Both the position numbers and the translations under genes were made by a program. A stretch of DNA of 64,000 bases from assembly GCA_020137815.1 (NCBI GenBank), contig CM035355.1:3782001-3846000 (forward strand), read 5' to 3'. The notes under the pieces are model-generated. The model was not told where the DNA came from and did no database searches. It saw nothing but the letters and a program-made list of their open reading frames with translations. How positions within the stretch are numbered: the first letter of the stretch is position 1; each line of letters opens with the position of its first letter. This stretch comes from Hormiphora californensis (taxonomy: Eukaryota > Animalia > Ctenophora). Positions 1 to 12,200 of this stretch are shown piece after piece.

Positions 1-199
1 AGTTAGGGAAATTAAAAACACGTTGTTGATGAGGTGAGACAAATAAAACCAAATGATATGAATTTCTCCAACTTTTCTATCTCTTCTTCTCTTCATCTCG
101 TCATTCTTCCTCTCTCTCTCAGACTTCTTCTATAGTCTTTTCAAAAATGACCTATTAAAGATCTATAAATAGCAAAAACCCTAACACCCATAGCACTAT

Positions 200-3100
200 C
201 TAAGAAGATTCTAGTTCAGCTAAAAGTTTCCGCGTCTCAGCTACAAGATCGTCCCTTGCGATAGTTTTCTCGTCCCTCTGGCTGTTGTTCCGCAACTTGA
301 CTACCCCCTGCTCCAGCTCACTTTCCCCAATCACAAGACACAATGGGATACCTGGGAGGGGTGTCAGGGGGTTAGTGGTTGAACATTTGATTACAGTTAG
401 GGGTTGGTGAATGAATATCAAATAGATATGTTGATATATGTTTATAAAATGTCGGTAGGTTTGAAAATATTTCGTCTGCCAAGATTGTCTCAATTCTTTG
501 AAGCGTGCAACGTCAAAAAGTCTCTTCAATTTCACATGTGTACAGACTACAGGAGTGTACATGAGTTAGTACTATACACAACTTTTTAATAACTATTATA
601 CCCCCCACAAACAACTTCTTGTACTGTCTTACTTACACAACACAAGAATATACAATGAGTTACAATACAACATGTCTCACACACTAAACAATAACTAATG
701 GGTGGGGGCTAACTATCTCACCTTCATTTTCAGCGTGTTGGAACTGAGAGAGAAGTTTAGGGTTAGCTTTGTACAGCATCTCTGCGCTAATATCCGCCTT
801 CCAAAGCAGGTTGAGAAGTTTCATCCTCTCCTTCATTAGTCCCTTTTGTCCACTAACAACTAGCACCTGGGAGAAACAACTTGGTTACCAGATGGGACCT
901 AAAGCACAATTTCCAAAGTTATCCCTGAGGCTTAGTACATTTTATAATCCTAGTTTAAAATGTACGAACCCTATTTTTACTTTAACGAAAAAGAGGGTCT
1001 GATAAAATCACGTTACCATGACAACTCACCTTGACAACGGAAGTTTTGACATCCTTCATTCTCCTTTCCATGATACTAAAGAGTCGCTCAATGCCAATAC
1101 TAACACCCACACAGGGGATAGATCGACCCTTTGGGGCAAACATACCAACTAAATTGTCGTACCGGCCACCACCTGCTACAGAGCCAATACTATCGTGTGG
1201 GTTATCTGAGGTAGAGAGGTTTAAATAAGAGATCGATCTAAAGTTGTTCACATATTTGGATAAGGATGTTTGTGAGATAACATCACAATACAATATAATC
1301 AGGATTTAATTTCAACTGATTCAATTAGTAAAAACGAGTTTAGTTAACACACCGCTTTCAAGGACTGCCTCAAAGATGGATCCTGTGTAGTAGTCCAAGC
1401 CACGTGCTAAACTCAGGTCAAATGACACATGTTCAAGACACCCAAAGAGCTCACAATACTCCAGTAACAATCGGACATCTGATAGACCCTCCTGTGTTTT
1501 GAATAGTTTGGTAAGTAACTCATTTAGTTAGTTCAACAACGTTACTTTATTACAAACCTTGGCAGTATTATTTTGACCGAGATCAGACTGTTCCAGCTCA
1601 TCCAATAATTCAAAGGTTCCTTTCCTCCTGACAAATGTTCCAATTTTATCCGCTATAGCAGGGTCGAGTCCCTTAGTTTCTACCATTTCCTGCAGTGAAA
1701 TGTTTAGAGAGAAAATGGTACAGAGAAAATGGTACAGTACAATAAATGGCAAATCAATAACAAACTTTGTCTTGCTCGTCCTCGACCCTTTTTTTTTATC
1801 GTAAAGGAGGGTTAGAACATAACAAGACAAACTGTAGTTACCGTTTTGACAGTCTCCCAAGATTCCTTGTCTAGTTTGTCAACCGCACTGCAGATTGGTC
1901 TGAAACTATCGGCGGGAACACCACAAAACTCGAAGATTCCATCCAGAACTTTCCTGTGATTCACCTGAACGGAGGGGAGAGAGTTGCAAATAGAGAGTTG
2001 CAAATAGAGCGTTGCAAATAAAAGATTGCAAATGGGATATTTTCACTAATAAATCTTACAAAACCTTTCAATTCAATAATACCTTGATGGTAAACTTTTC
2101 CATTTCCAACTCGTTAAGAATATCACATACAATCTTAACACATTCCGTATCCGTCAACATCCGTTCATACTCACCAGCAAAATCAACATCACACTGAGTG
2201 GGTGAGTGAAACATTAGAAATTTAGGTCAATCTCAACTGGTTGTGCAGTGTGAGTTTAATATTTTCCAAATTTTGGAAAATTTCTTGCTGTGTTATCCAA
2301 TAATATAATCCTTGCCTTGTTCGAACAAAACAATAGAATCCCAAATGTATTTACAAAGTAACTATTACCTGATAGAACTCTCTGTACCTTCCCTTGGTCA
2401 TAGCAGGATTATCTCTCCGGTATACTCGGGCAATCTGATATCGCTTAATGCTCTTCACTTTCTTCATAGCCACATACCTACAGAGTTTATTTTGTTGAAA
2501 CAAAATATACAGAGCGTCACGGTAGAATTTCGAGAGACAAGTTTTCAGATTCTGTATCAAAGGAGATGATAAAGTTGTACCTTGCAAAGGGGACTGTTAG
2601 ATCGTAACGCAGAGCGAGTATCTCTCCTCCCTGATCTTCCAATTCGTAGATCAATTTACTGTCTTCGCCGTACTTACCTGTAATAATTTAAATCTTTGAA
2701 TTTAAGAACTGTTATGATATGATGGTTTGTGATGTTCTTACCATCATTTACTCTCCGAGGCGTGTTCCATTGGTAACTTACCTGTCAATATTTCCTTCAA
2801 TTCCATAACAGGAGTATCAATTTGGACGGCACCGTGTTTCATGAAACACTTCTTGATCTTGTTAAACACTGTCTCCCTCACAGCCATCTTGTCCGGCTCG
2901 TAGTCTCGCATCCCCTTCGGACATTTTAACGTCAGTTTTCCGCCTCTTGATTCCCTAAATAGTGTCTATCACATATCTGTTTTGTGTTTCTTGAATGAAA
3001 TGTGCATTTATTATTTCTCACGTCCTTCTTGACTCAGAAAAATGGGCTTACTTTTTTGGTTTGCAGTCTTTGTTTTCCTCCAGCTTTAATTCTTTGATGC

Positions 3101-3595
3101 TTTCGGTGGTTCCCCTGAAAAATTTAGCTTAAAATCTTGACATAAATGTTGACATCGTCACAATTCAACTATGAAACCAGCTGTCATTGACGCTGTTAAA
3201 GTCGGATTTTTTTAAACTGTCGCCCCCCTGAAATAACAAAATTTGTCATATCTCCGGTTCCTGATAAGATAGAGACTTGAAATTTGGAGGTTCGGTAGAA
3301 CTTAGCAAGATCTTCGTAACCTCCAAATTTCAAGTCTCTATCTCATCAGGAACCGGACTTATGGTCATTTAAAGAAATTTGAAAACTCTAAAAAACGACA
3401 GTTATTTAAAATCAGACTATAATCCATCTTGCGGAAATTTCTAAAGATTTTTAACTCACATAATTTCGGTTGAAGACATTCTGATATAGGGGTTGTGTAC
3501 AAACTGAAAAGATAATTGTTAATTCTTGCTCAACATAACACGATAAGTGTACTTACACTAGAAGCAGAACTCCAAACTCTCCTCACTAAGAGCAT
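200..3595 (-). CDS. HARS: Histidyl-tRNA synthetase, multi-exon (approx. exons 3557-3595, 3178-3227, 3052-3114, 2782-2954, 2581-2677, 2369-2480, 2085-2193, 1845-1964, 1557-1689, 1350-1492, 1030-1207, 720-867, 200-351)
   Basis: Spliced translation gives [71 protein letters not shown] and the C-terminal anticodon domain ([14 protein letters not shown]). The first two exons are phase-consistent but less certain. Confidence 0.95.
3253..3357. repeat. ~40-bp-arm inverted repeat (MITE-like) in the putative first HARS intron
   Basis: tccggttcctgataagatagagacttgaaatttggaggtt ... aacctccaaatttcaagtctctatctcatcaggaaccgga, 1 mismatch. Confidence 0.8.
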
Positions 3596-3710
3596 GTAAA
3601 AAAGAGCGAAAACTTGGGGAAAAACGAGAAAGTTTTGTTCAAAGTTTTGATCTGAAAATTCGAAAATTTGAGAGCGCGGCGCAGATTTTAACGGCGCGCA
3701 AAACTTTAAT

Positions 3711-6700
3711 ATGTGGGTTTTACTAAAGGCGCCGAGACAGCCGACCACGTGTTGACACTCAGAACAACCATTGAGAAGTACGTGACCTCCAAAAAGGGAA
3801 GAGGGGCCCGACTCTACTCTGCTTTCATTGACTATAGTAAGGCCTTCGACACCGTCTGTCGGGAGGCCCTACTGTACAAACTGTGGAAGTTTCTTGATCT
3901 CCCCGCCAAATGCCCATGTGGGTCCAGTAACAGTGCCGATCACGCATTGTCCTGTCACAAAGGTGGTTACACAATCTACAGACACGACCGCCTGAGAGAC
4001 AACTTTGCTGATATCTTATCCTACGCTGGTGTCAGGGCTATAGAAACTGAAAAACTCCTACAACCATGTGAGGATTACGACCAAGAAATGCAGCAGTATC
4101 CATGGGCAAATACAGATAGAGATGCCCGTATGGACATCGTATGCATGGGATTGTGGGCTCCGGACCAGATGTCCTTCATGGATGTCAGAGTCTGTCACCC
4201 GATGGCAGCTTCATATCTCAATATCAAGCCATCATCCCTGTACAAAAACCACGAAAAGTCCAAGAAGACTTGTTACATGAGACGAGTACAGATTGTAGAG
4301 GGCGGGACCTTCTCTCCACTGGTGTTTACAACAACAGGTGGTGTTGGCCCAGAAATGGACAGGGCGATGAAGAAGACAGCCAGACTCATCGAGGACAAGC
4401 ACGGAGAGATGTACAGCGAGGCGTTGGCAGCTATCAGAAGGAGGCTGAGATTCTGCTTGCTGATCGCAACATTGAGATCTCTGAGGGGATGTCGAATTAA
4501 ATATAACCCAGTAGGACTTGGTAGTATTGACTTCAATATCTGAATCGTGTGTGAGATTTTATTTGTAAGATTTATTGTTTATTCGAGTGAGTGATTTTAA
4601 GATTTATTTATTTATTTATTACTAACCCCAACACCGGGGGCAAATGATCGAACCCAATGTGAATGAGACTCATCGCGATTAACTCTTCATACGGTTACCC
4701 CCTTTCTCTCTTCGGCAGCTTCTCTTCGGCTGTTGGAAAGTGATGCCAATCGGTGTTGGGGTTAGTGAATTTTCAAAAAAAAAAAAAAAAAAAAAAACTG
4801 TGGAAGTACGGGGTACGTGGCAACTTCTACGGAGTAATGGAGGACATGTACACGAGCTCCGCTGCCAAGATCAAACTGCTGGGGAAACTCTCAGAACGGA
4901 TCGAGATCCTAGTGGGAACAGAGCAAGGACACCCTATGAGCCCTGAACTATTCAAGGTTTACTTATATGAGCTCACATCGGAACTCGACCAGACGGATGC
5001 TACATTACCGGAGCTGGCCGGTAGACCTCTGTCCCATCTCCTATGGGCAGATGATTTGGTTCTGCTGGCACTTGACCATCGATCACTCCAAAACCTCCTG
5101 TCTACCTTGGAGTCATTCTGCTCAACATGGGGACTTACTGTAAACCTAAAGAAAACTGCTGTAATGGTGTTTAACAAAGCATCGGTTATTCTTAAAGACA
5201 GTCACACCTTTACCTACAACGGTAATAAAGTTCCCCCCGCCAAGTCATACTGCTATTTGGGCGTGATCTTCAGCCTCAACGGATCATTCAAGACAAACCT
5301 CGTGGCACTTAGGCAGAAAGCTATTCGGTCCATCATGAGCCTAAAACGTGCTATTAACCTCTCAGTCCTCCCCCCTGATCTTATACTCAAGCTGTTTGAC
5401 CACTTAATCCTACCAATAGCATCCTACTGTAACCAGGTATGGCTACCGATTACCACTTGGTCAAAACTCAATAAGTCAACCTACCCTGATCTGAAGTCCC
5501 TAGCCTCAGACCCACTTGAGAAACTCCACCTATCATTTCTCAAACTCGCCCTAGGGGTATCCAGAAAGTCCCCTAACGTGGTCATGTGGGGTGACACAGG
5601 CCGGACCCCCCTTGCTTACTCCCTGAAGTCTGGAGTCCTGAGGTATTTCAACCGGGCAGCTGAGATGTCAGAAAACTACCCCATGGATCGCACCATAGAT
5701 GACAGTACCCCACTTTTGGTATACACGTTCCGGGAACAAACCCAGTCAGAACTGGTTTGGTATTCCAGCATCATCAACTTCGTCCGGAAACAATCCACCG
5801 AAAGCTTTTTGAATAGCTGGGAGGAATCCAGAGAGTCTAACAGGAAACTGTCCTTCTACAATAGCGTTAAAGTCAAGTTTGAACCCGAGCCATACTTGTC
5901 ATTGGAGCGAAATCTAGCTAGGAGAGTAGCTCAGATTAGGTCGGCTTCCCATAGCCTCAACATCGAGCGGGGACGGTTTGAAAAGTATCGAAAGGGTGGG
6001 TTCTCACTTGAAAAGGAGAGACTGTGTCCGCACTGCAACACATCCGACATTGTCTCTCTTGAGCTCCTAAGTGAACTGCCCCACTATGACCGAATCACCG
6101 AATATGAACCCCACTTTCTCCTGAAATGCCCCCTATACGAGGACCTAAGAGCCCGACTACCTGAAAGTCATTCTCCCCGGCTAGCCATTGTCAGACTCAG
6201 ACACCTCTTCAAACCGTCGGCTGATGGTGCTATCGATCCAGTCCGCCAGACCGCAATCTACCTCGACAAAGCTTTCTCTAAAAGACAGGAATTCATCAAA
6301 GATACGGGCTCATCTATCAATTCCCACTGAAACATTGAGCACTCCCAACACCCCGTTAGGATATGGATTCCATTACGGCAATCCAATCCAACTTTCATTA
6401 AACAACCCCAGTTGAGCATACTCAACCCCAGCACCACTTTCCAGAAAGTCCAGGGCGGCTAGCCGTGGTCAGACTCAGACACCTCTTTTAACCGCCGGCT
6501 GATGACGAAGACAGGAATTCACCAGAGACACGGGTCCATCTATCAACCCCCACTGAAACGTTGAGCCCTCTCAACACCCCGTTAGGATATGGATTCCAAT
6601 GGAATTCAATCCAATATATCTATTTATCCTTTGAGGTGATCATATTGATTCTCATTGAAACGTTGAGCATTCTCAACCAACTGGTAGGTTATGGATACTA

Positions 6701-7355
6701 ATCAAGTAATACCTTCCACCTTCGTTGAGCTGCGTGAGCTTACTCAACCCCACCGAATCTGCTTTACCCAGTCAGTGGGTAACACCCACCGAATCGTTGA
6801 GTACTCTCAACATCCCGTTAGGATATGGATTCCATTACGGCAATCCAATCCAATATTGATAACCTTAAAACAACCCTAGTTGAGCATACTCAACCCCAGC
6901 ACTGTTTTCTTGAAAGTCCAGGGTTGCTAGCACCAAGAATTACCTCACGAACTCTCTCATTTTTTATGTGTGTCATATGTGTGTCTTTTGCCTGCCTACT
7001 GCATTTTTTACCCGTCCCCCTTAGATCTATTTTTCGTCGAGACTTGTTCTTTTTTTACTACTTTACGTTTTCTATTTTATATCGCTCCCACTTTTTACCC
7101 CCCCTGTAATCCTTATCCCTGCCCTTGTTGACCACTTTACGCTTTTTAGCCTTTTTATTATGTATATTTTTATTATTTATTTACTCCCTTCACCTATGTT
7201 TTCCTTTTTTACCCGAGCGTGTCAATTTTGCCTAAATATATTAACTTTAAATTTAACTTTTAAACACCTTAGCATTTTTATTTAATTTATTTTTTTTAAA
7301 TCTCATCTGACAATGAAGTGCCATTATAGATGTATAATGTTTAATTCCTGTTTAA
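3711..7355 (+). mobile_element. 5'-truncated non-LTR retrotransposon (RTEX/CR1-L2-group-like), RT ORF 3713-3890 + 4808-6330, interrupted by a nested element
   Basis: RT motifs FIDYSKAFDTV, QGHPMSPELF, LLWADD, YLG; C-terminal CCHC (CPHC...EPHFLLKCPLY); long 3' UTR ending in tttaattcctg repeats; possible TSD tttaat at 3705-3710 and 7356-7361. Clade assignment is tentative. Confidence 0.9.
3891..4794 (+). mobile_element. 5'-truncated CRE-like (restriction-like endonuclease) non-LTR retrotransposon with poly(A) tail
   Basis: Encodes zinc knuckle CPCG..DHALSC, RHD motif, R-x-D...D...K RLE core (DARMDIV, FMDVRV, EKSKK), FSPLVFTTTGG; poly(A) 4775-4797; 13-bp TSD aaactgtggaagt at 3878-3890 and 4795-4807. 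Confidence 0.92.
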
Positions 7356-7467
7356 TTTAATTCCTGTGCCGCGCAGCTGCGCGCGACAGAAAAGAAGAAT
7401 TTTTCAAAGATTTTTGTGTGACCCCGCTCATTCACTCCTAACCTCTGTACAGGCATCCGATTCCAGT

Positions 7468-8196
7468 ATGAAGTGGTGTATGGTAACCGGAGCAAACAGG
7501 GGAATCGGTTTGGAGTTGGTAGGAAGGCTGGCAAGTCTGGGATCCAACGTAATTGCTTGCTCCCGTCGAACCAGTCCGGAACTAGACGCAATTGTTAACG
7601 GTAATGAAGCTGTTTACCACGTTTCCCTGGACATCACATGTGATGATTCTGTCAACCAAGCTTTTGAGAAAGTTTCCACCATTCTTGGAGAACAAGGATT
7701 GAACCTTCTAGTAAACAACGCGGCAGTGCTGATGAAATCGGAAAACCCAACATCCACATCAACTGAGGATATGCTCAAGAATTTTGATGTAAACGTGGTT
7801 GGAACACATCGTGTAACAAAGAAGTTTGCACCTCTCTTATTCCTTGCAGCTGAGCAGAATAGCAGTGTTGAGGTGGGCTGCAACAGAGCCTTCTGTCTGA
7901 ACATCTCCTCTGCAGTGGGTAGCATCGCCAACACAACCAGTCCCTGGCACTCTGCATACCGAGTTAGCAAGTGTGCACTCAACATGTTGACCAAGTGCAC
8001 CTCAATCGAGTTTGGGGAGAAGGGAGTTCTGTGCTGTTCTGTGCATCCTGGATGGGTCCAAACTGAGATGGGAGGTCCTAATGCTCTTGTCTCTACATCT
8101 GGCTGTGTGGATGACCTTATGGAGGTTATTACCAAGGCGACTAGTGAACATGCTGGTCTTATGCTAAGGAACAAGATGGAGGTTATGCCTTACTAG
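7468..8196 (+). CDS. Short-chain dehydrogenase/reductase, C-factor/sniffer-like (intronless)
   Basis: TGANRGIG Rossmann motif, NNAA, YRVSK catalytic YxxxK, HPGWVQT; ATG at 7468. Confidence 0.92.
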   Translation: MKWCMVTGANRGIGLELVGRLASLGSNVIACSRRTSPELDAIVNGNEAVYHVSLDITCDDSVNQAFEKVSTILGEQGLNLLVNNAAVLMKSENPTSTSTEDMLKNFDVNVVGTHRVTKKFAPLLFLAAEQNSSVEVGCNRAFCLNISSAVGSIANTTSPWHSAYRVSKCALNMLTKCTSIEFGEKGVLCCSVHPGWVQTEMGGPNALVSTSGCVDDLMEVITKATSEHAGLMLRNKMEVMPY

Positions 8197-8426
8197 GAGA
8201 GTGAAAAGAAAGAGAATCTAGTTTATAATAGTATAATTGTACTCACATTGTTTTATGATGTTTTAATCATCACTTTTTAGATTTTAGTCCATTTATTCCA
8301 TGACTCATATTCAGTTACTATAATCATTTGTAGTTTTCAATTCTCCTAATGTTTTCTAACCTCCTCCCCTTTCCTTTATTTAGCTCCCTGTTTATGCTAA
8401 CTGTAATCACCAGACGATTCTCTCTC

Positions 8427-9104
8427 ATGGCAACAATTCGAGAGAACTTGGACAAAATTAAACCCGGTATCCCCTCCACGGTTCGCCTTGTAGCAGTCAG
8501 CAAAACCAAACCTGCCTCTGATGTAGAAGCAGCCCACGAAGCTGGGCACCGGGTGTTCGGGGAGAATTACATCAATGAGCTAGTTGAAAAGAGTGCAGCA
8601 CTGTCTCATCTCAGTGATATCAAATGGCACTTTATTGGAAACCTCCAGAAGAAGAACTGTTCAAAATTGAGCACATGTAAAAACCTAGCACTAGTTGAAA
8701 CTGTTAACAGTGAAAAAGTGGCACGGGCCCTTAGCAACGGGTGGAAACGAAACGGTGATGGTGGGAAATTAAAAGTGTTCATCCAAGTCAACACAAGCCG
8801 AGAAGAACAAAAGAGCGGGTGTATGCCTGAGACACTACTACCCCTGGCTGATATAGTTATCTCTGAATGTGATGGACTGGAACTGGCTGGAGTTATGACA
8901 ATTGGGGCGTTTGGTTATGATTGGTCTCAGGGTGTGAACCCTGATTTTGTAGAGTTGATTGAGTGTAGGAAGAGGTTATCGGAGCACCTTGGTAGGGATG
9001 ATTTGGAGATATCTATGGGGATGTCTGATGATTTTGATAGAGCGATTGAGATGGGTAGCACGAATGTTAGGGTAGGAAGTAAAATATTTGGAGCTAGGAG
9101 CTGA
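8427..9104 (+). CDS. PLPBP: Pyridoxal phosphate homeostasis protein (YggS/PROSC), intronless
   Basis: LVAVSKTKP (PLP lysine), FGENY, WHFIGNLQ, QVNTSREEQKSG, SMGMSDDF, GSTNVRVGSKIFG. Confidence 0.95.
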   Translation: MATIRENLDKIKPGIPSTVRLVAVSKTKPASDVEAAHEAGHRVFGENYINELVEKSAALSHLSDIKWHFIGNLQKKNCSKLSTCKNLALVETVNSEKVARALSNGWKRNGDGGKLKVFIQVNTSREEQKSGCMPETLLPLADIVISECDGLELAGVMTIGAFGYDWSQGVNPDFVELIECRKRLSEHLGRDDLEISMGMSDDFDRAIEMGSTNVRVGSKIFGARS

Positions 9105-9295
9105 GTTGCATGCATGATCTCACTGCTCATTGTGTAAAAATGTTGGGAGATAAAATGATTTTATTTTGCGAGTTTTTATAAGTTTTCGACGGTTTTTAGT
9201 GGTGAGCATTTCATTATATTTCCAACAATCTTTAACTACTCACAATTCAATTTTAGCTTCTGTACAAATGTAAGCCGAGGACTTTATTATCTAAA

Positions 9296-12200
9296 ATGGC
9301 ATCAAGAGGTAAGAAGGAATAATAAATAACCAACCAAACAAAACAACAGACGACAAACTATCTTTCTTTCTAGGAAAGTTAGTTATAAAGACAGTTACCC
9401 GTTGGACCCAATGCAACCTACAACACCACAACATTGCATCCACACAAACCAGCCATCACCATGACAACAGACAAGATGACGTCACACACCGTTATGACGT
9501 CACAGATGACGATAGTAACCTAGCAACGGTTATCCATCGGGTATCATCTCCTGTTGGCCGGCCCGTGCTCCACTTCACTGTGATGACCCAGACAGATAGC
9601 TTGATGGGTGCTCCCAACATTATCAGACAGACCTCAGCGCCAATGGTATTGTTCTCCCAGAAGACACAGACCCCTGAACCTGGGAAAATGGGAATGTGGG
9701 GGTGGTCTGGGAAGGAGGAGACAGAGACAGACCAGACACAGACCCCTGAACCTGGGAAAATGGGAATGTGGGGGTGCAAAGAGAATAGAGAGACTGACCA
9801 TGGGGAGAGGGAAGGACATACTGACAGAGAGATAGGACAGCAGACAGACCTACAATTTGAAGACAAAGAAGGACAGATTGACAGTACGACAGACCAAAAT
9901 GACAGTATGTGACCCACTCAAAATCTAAACCAAGCTGTCATGTTAACTGAATTTCGCTTTATTTCAGCGGGAAGCAGTGTTAGTGGAAGGCACGCTAGCT
10001 TTGACAGCACGGACCAACAACTGGTATATTTCATTTGCCCTGCACACCCGATTTGCCCTGCACACCCGATTTGTTTGGTCCCTGGAATTTAACTTCGCAG
10101 AACCAATAACAACACTCACACTATTTTCCAGGAAATTTTGAGTGGTTGCATGAGGAGTGGTGAGAGTCAGAAATGGAACAGTAGCTACAAGAGTGGCACA
10201 CAGAGCCATCCATACGAGGACACTTCTTTCAGATTCACTTTCGGTGAGAAGAGCTGGCCGCAACTTTGTTTAAAAAATCACTTTCGAGTCCTTCATCTTA
10301 ATTCCAAGTTACACATACGCTGAGAATTTATCGAGCAAGGCAAGGTTCATGTCTTCCCATTTCCAAATGATTCATTCACCCTTCGCCAGGTGGTGACACT
10401 CTGTACGGTGTGCTAGATGGCCATGACGGCCTCCAAGTGGCCCACTTCGCCCGGAACACCCTTGTCTCGGAGCTGTGTGCTGGGTTACGGAGTGTTCGGA
10501 ATCCAGATCGAGTTCCGGCGGTTATTCAGAGTTGTATCTTGGATGTGGACAGAAGGTTGCATCAGAGGTTCCAACCACTGTTAGAGGAGAGGGCTGTTAT
10601 TAAAGTGAAAATAGCTGGGGTAAGCTGTTATAGTAAGCTGTAGTATTTTGTTACAAAATACGTACACAATTTTTGTACGTTTTTGTTGAACTGTACGTAC
10701 TATCCCTGTGATTCCCGCGGGACGAATGGTACAACTTTTTTTCTGATTTTAGAATGCTCATCCAGATATTGTTTTGCAGCCTATTTTCAATGTAATCGTA
10801 AGATCCGATCCCATCTTCCTCAGGCGCCCAACTCCTACGAAGCGTACCTGGCTAACCCCAAGGAGTGTGAGCGGTTATCAGAGATAGAGGATCAGATTAA
10901 GGGTGGTACTACTGTTGCTACTGCAATTATACACAACAACACCCTCTATACAGGTACAAAGCTCCACCTCCGCTGATTTACCGGCCATGTTCTTAATTTG
11001 ATATTGCAGAAAATTTAGTCATCAAATGTTAGCTCAGTTCTGGTCTCGAGTAATACTTCCTCCTGGTCTCTAGGGATCGGGTATCCTCATTCTATTTGGC
11101 ACGTGCGACAGCCAACGTGCTGTAGCCCAAGTCTGGCTTCTCCTAGTTCACAGTGTAACACCCTCTTCCCACGTGTTTAGTGACTGACACGGGAGTGACA
11201 GTTGACACCCTCTGTCTTCTCCCAGTTTGTAACACCCTCTTTTTTCCCACAGTTCACAGTGTTTAGTGACACGGGAGTGACAGTTGACACCCTCTTCCCA
11301 CGTGTTTAGTGACTGACACGGGAGTGACAGTTGACACCCTCTGTCTTCTCCCAGTTTGTAACACCCTCTTTCCTCCCACAGTTCACAGTGTTTACTGACA
11401 CGGGAGTGACAGTTGACACCCTCTGTCTTCTCCCAGTTTGTAACACCCTCTTTTTTCCCACAGTTCACAGTGTTTAGTGACACGGGAGTGACAGTTGACA
11501 CCCTCTGTCTTCTCCCAGTTTGTAACACCCTCTTTTTTCCCACAGTTCACAGTGTTTAGTGACTGACACGGGAGTGACAGTTGACACCCTCTGTCTTCTC
11601 CCAGTTTGTAACACCCTCTTTTTTCCCACAGTTCACAGTGTTTACTGACACGGGAGTGACAGTTGACACCCTCTGTCTTCTCCCAGTTTGTAACACCCTC
11701 TTTTTTCCCACAGTTCACAGTGTTTACTGACACGGGAGTGACAGTTGACACCCTCTGTCTTCTCCCAGTTTGTAACACCCTCTTTCCTCCCACAGTTCAC
11801 AGTGTTTAGTGACACGGGAGTGACAGTTGACACCCTCTGTCTTCTCCCAGTTTGTAACACCCTCTTCCCACGTGTTTAGTGACTGACACGGGAGTGACAG
11901 TTGACACCCTCTGTCTTCTCCCAGTTTGTAACACCCTCTTTTTTCCCACAGTGTGACACCCTCTTCCCACGTGTTTAGTGACTGACACGGGAGTGACAGT
12001 TGACACCCTCTGTCTTCTCCCAGTTTGTAACACCCTCTTCCCACGTGTTTAGTGACTGACACGGGAGTGACAGTTGACACCCTCTGTCTTCTCCCAGTTT
12101 GTAACACCCTCTTTCCTCCCACAGTTCACAGTGTTTAGTGACTGACACGGGAGTGACAGTTGACACCCTCTGTCTTCTCCCAGTTTGTAACACCCTCTTT

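Noticed and set aside
1803-1825. Integron attC interpretation of the GTTAGAAC/GTTCTAAC motif
   Set aside because: No integrase, no cassette ORFs, eukaryotic intronic context; kept only as repeat family A.
6332-6895. CRISPR-like GTT...AAC repeats
   Set aside because: Irregular spacing, intervening sequences are themselves duplicated, and the array lies in a LINE 3' UTR.
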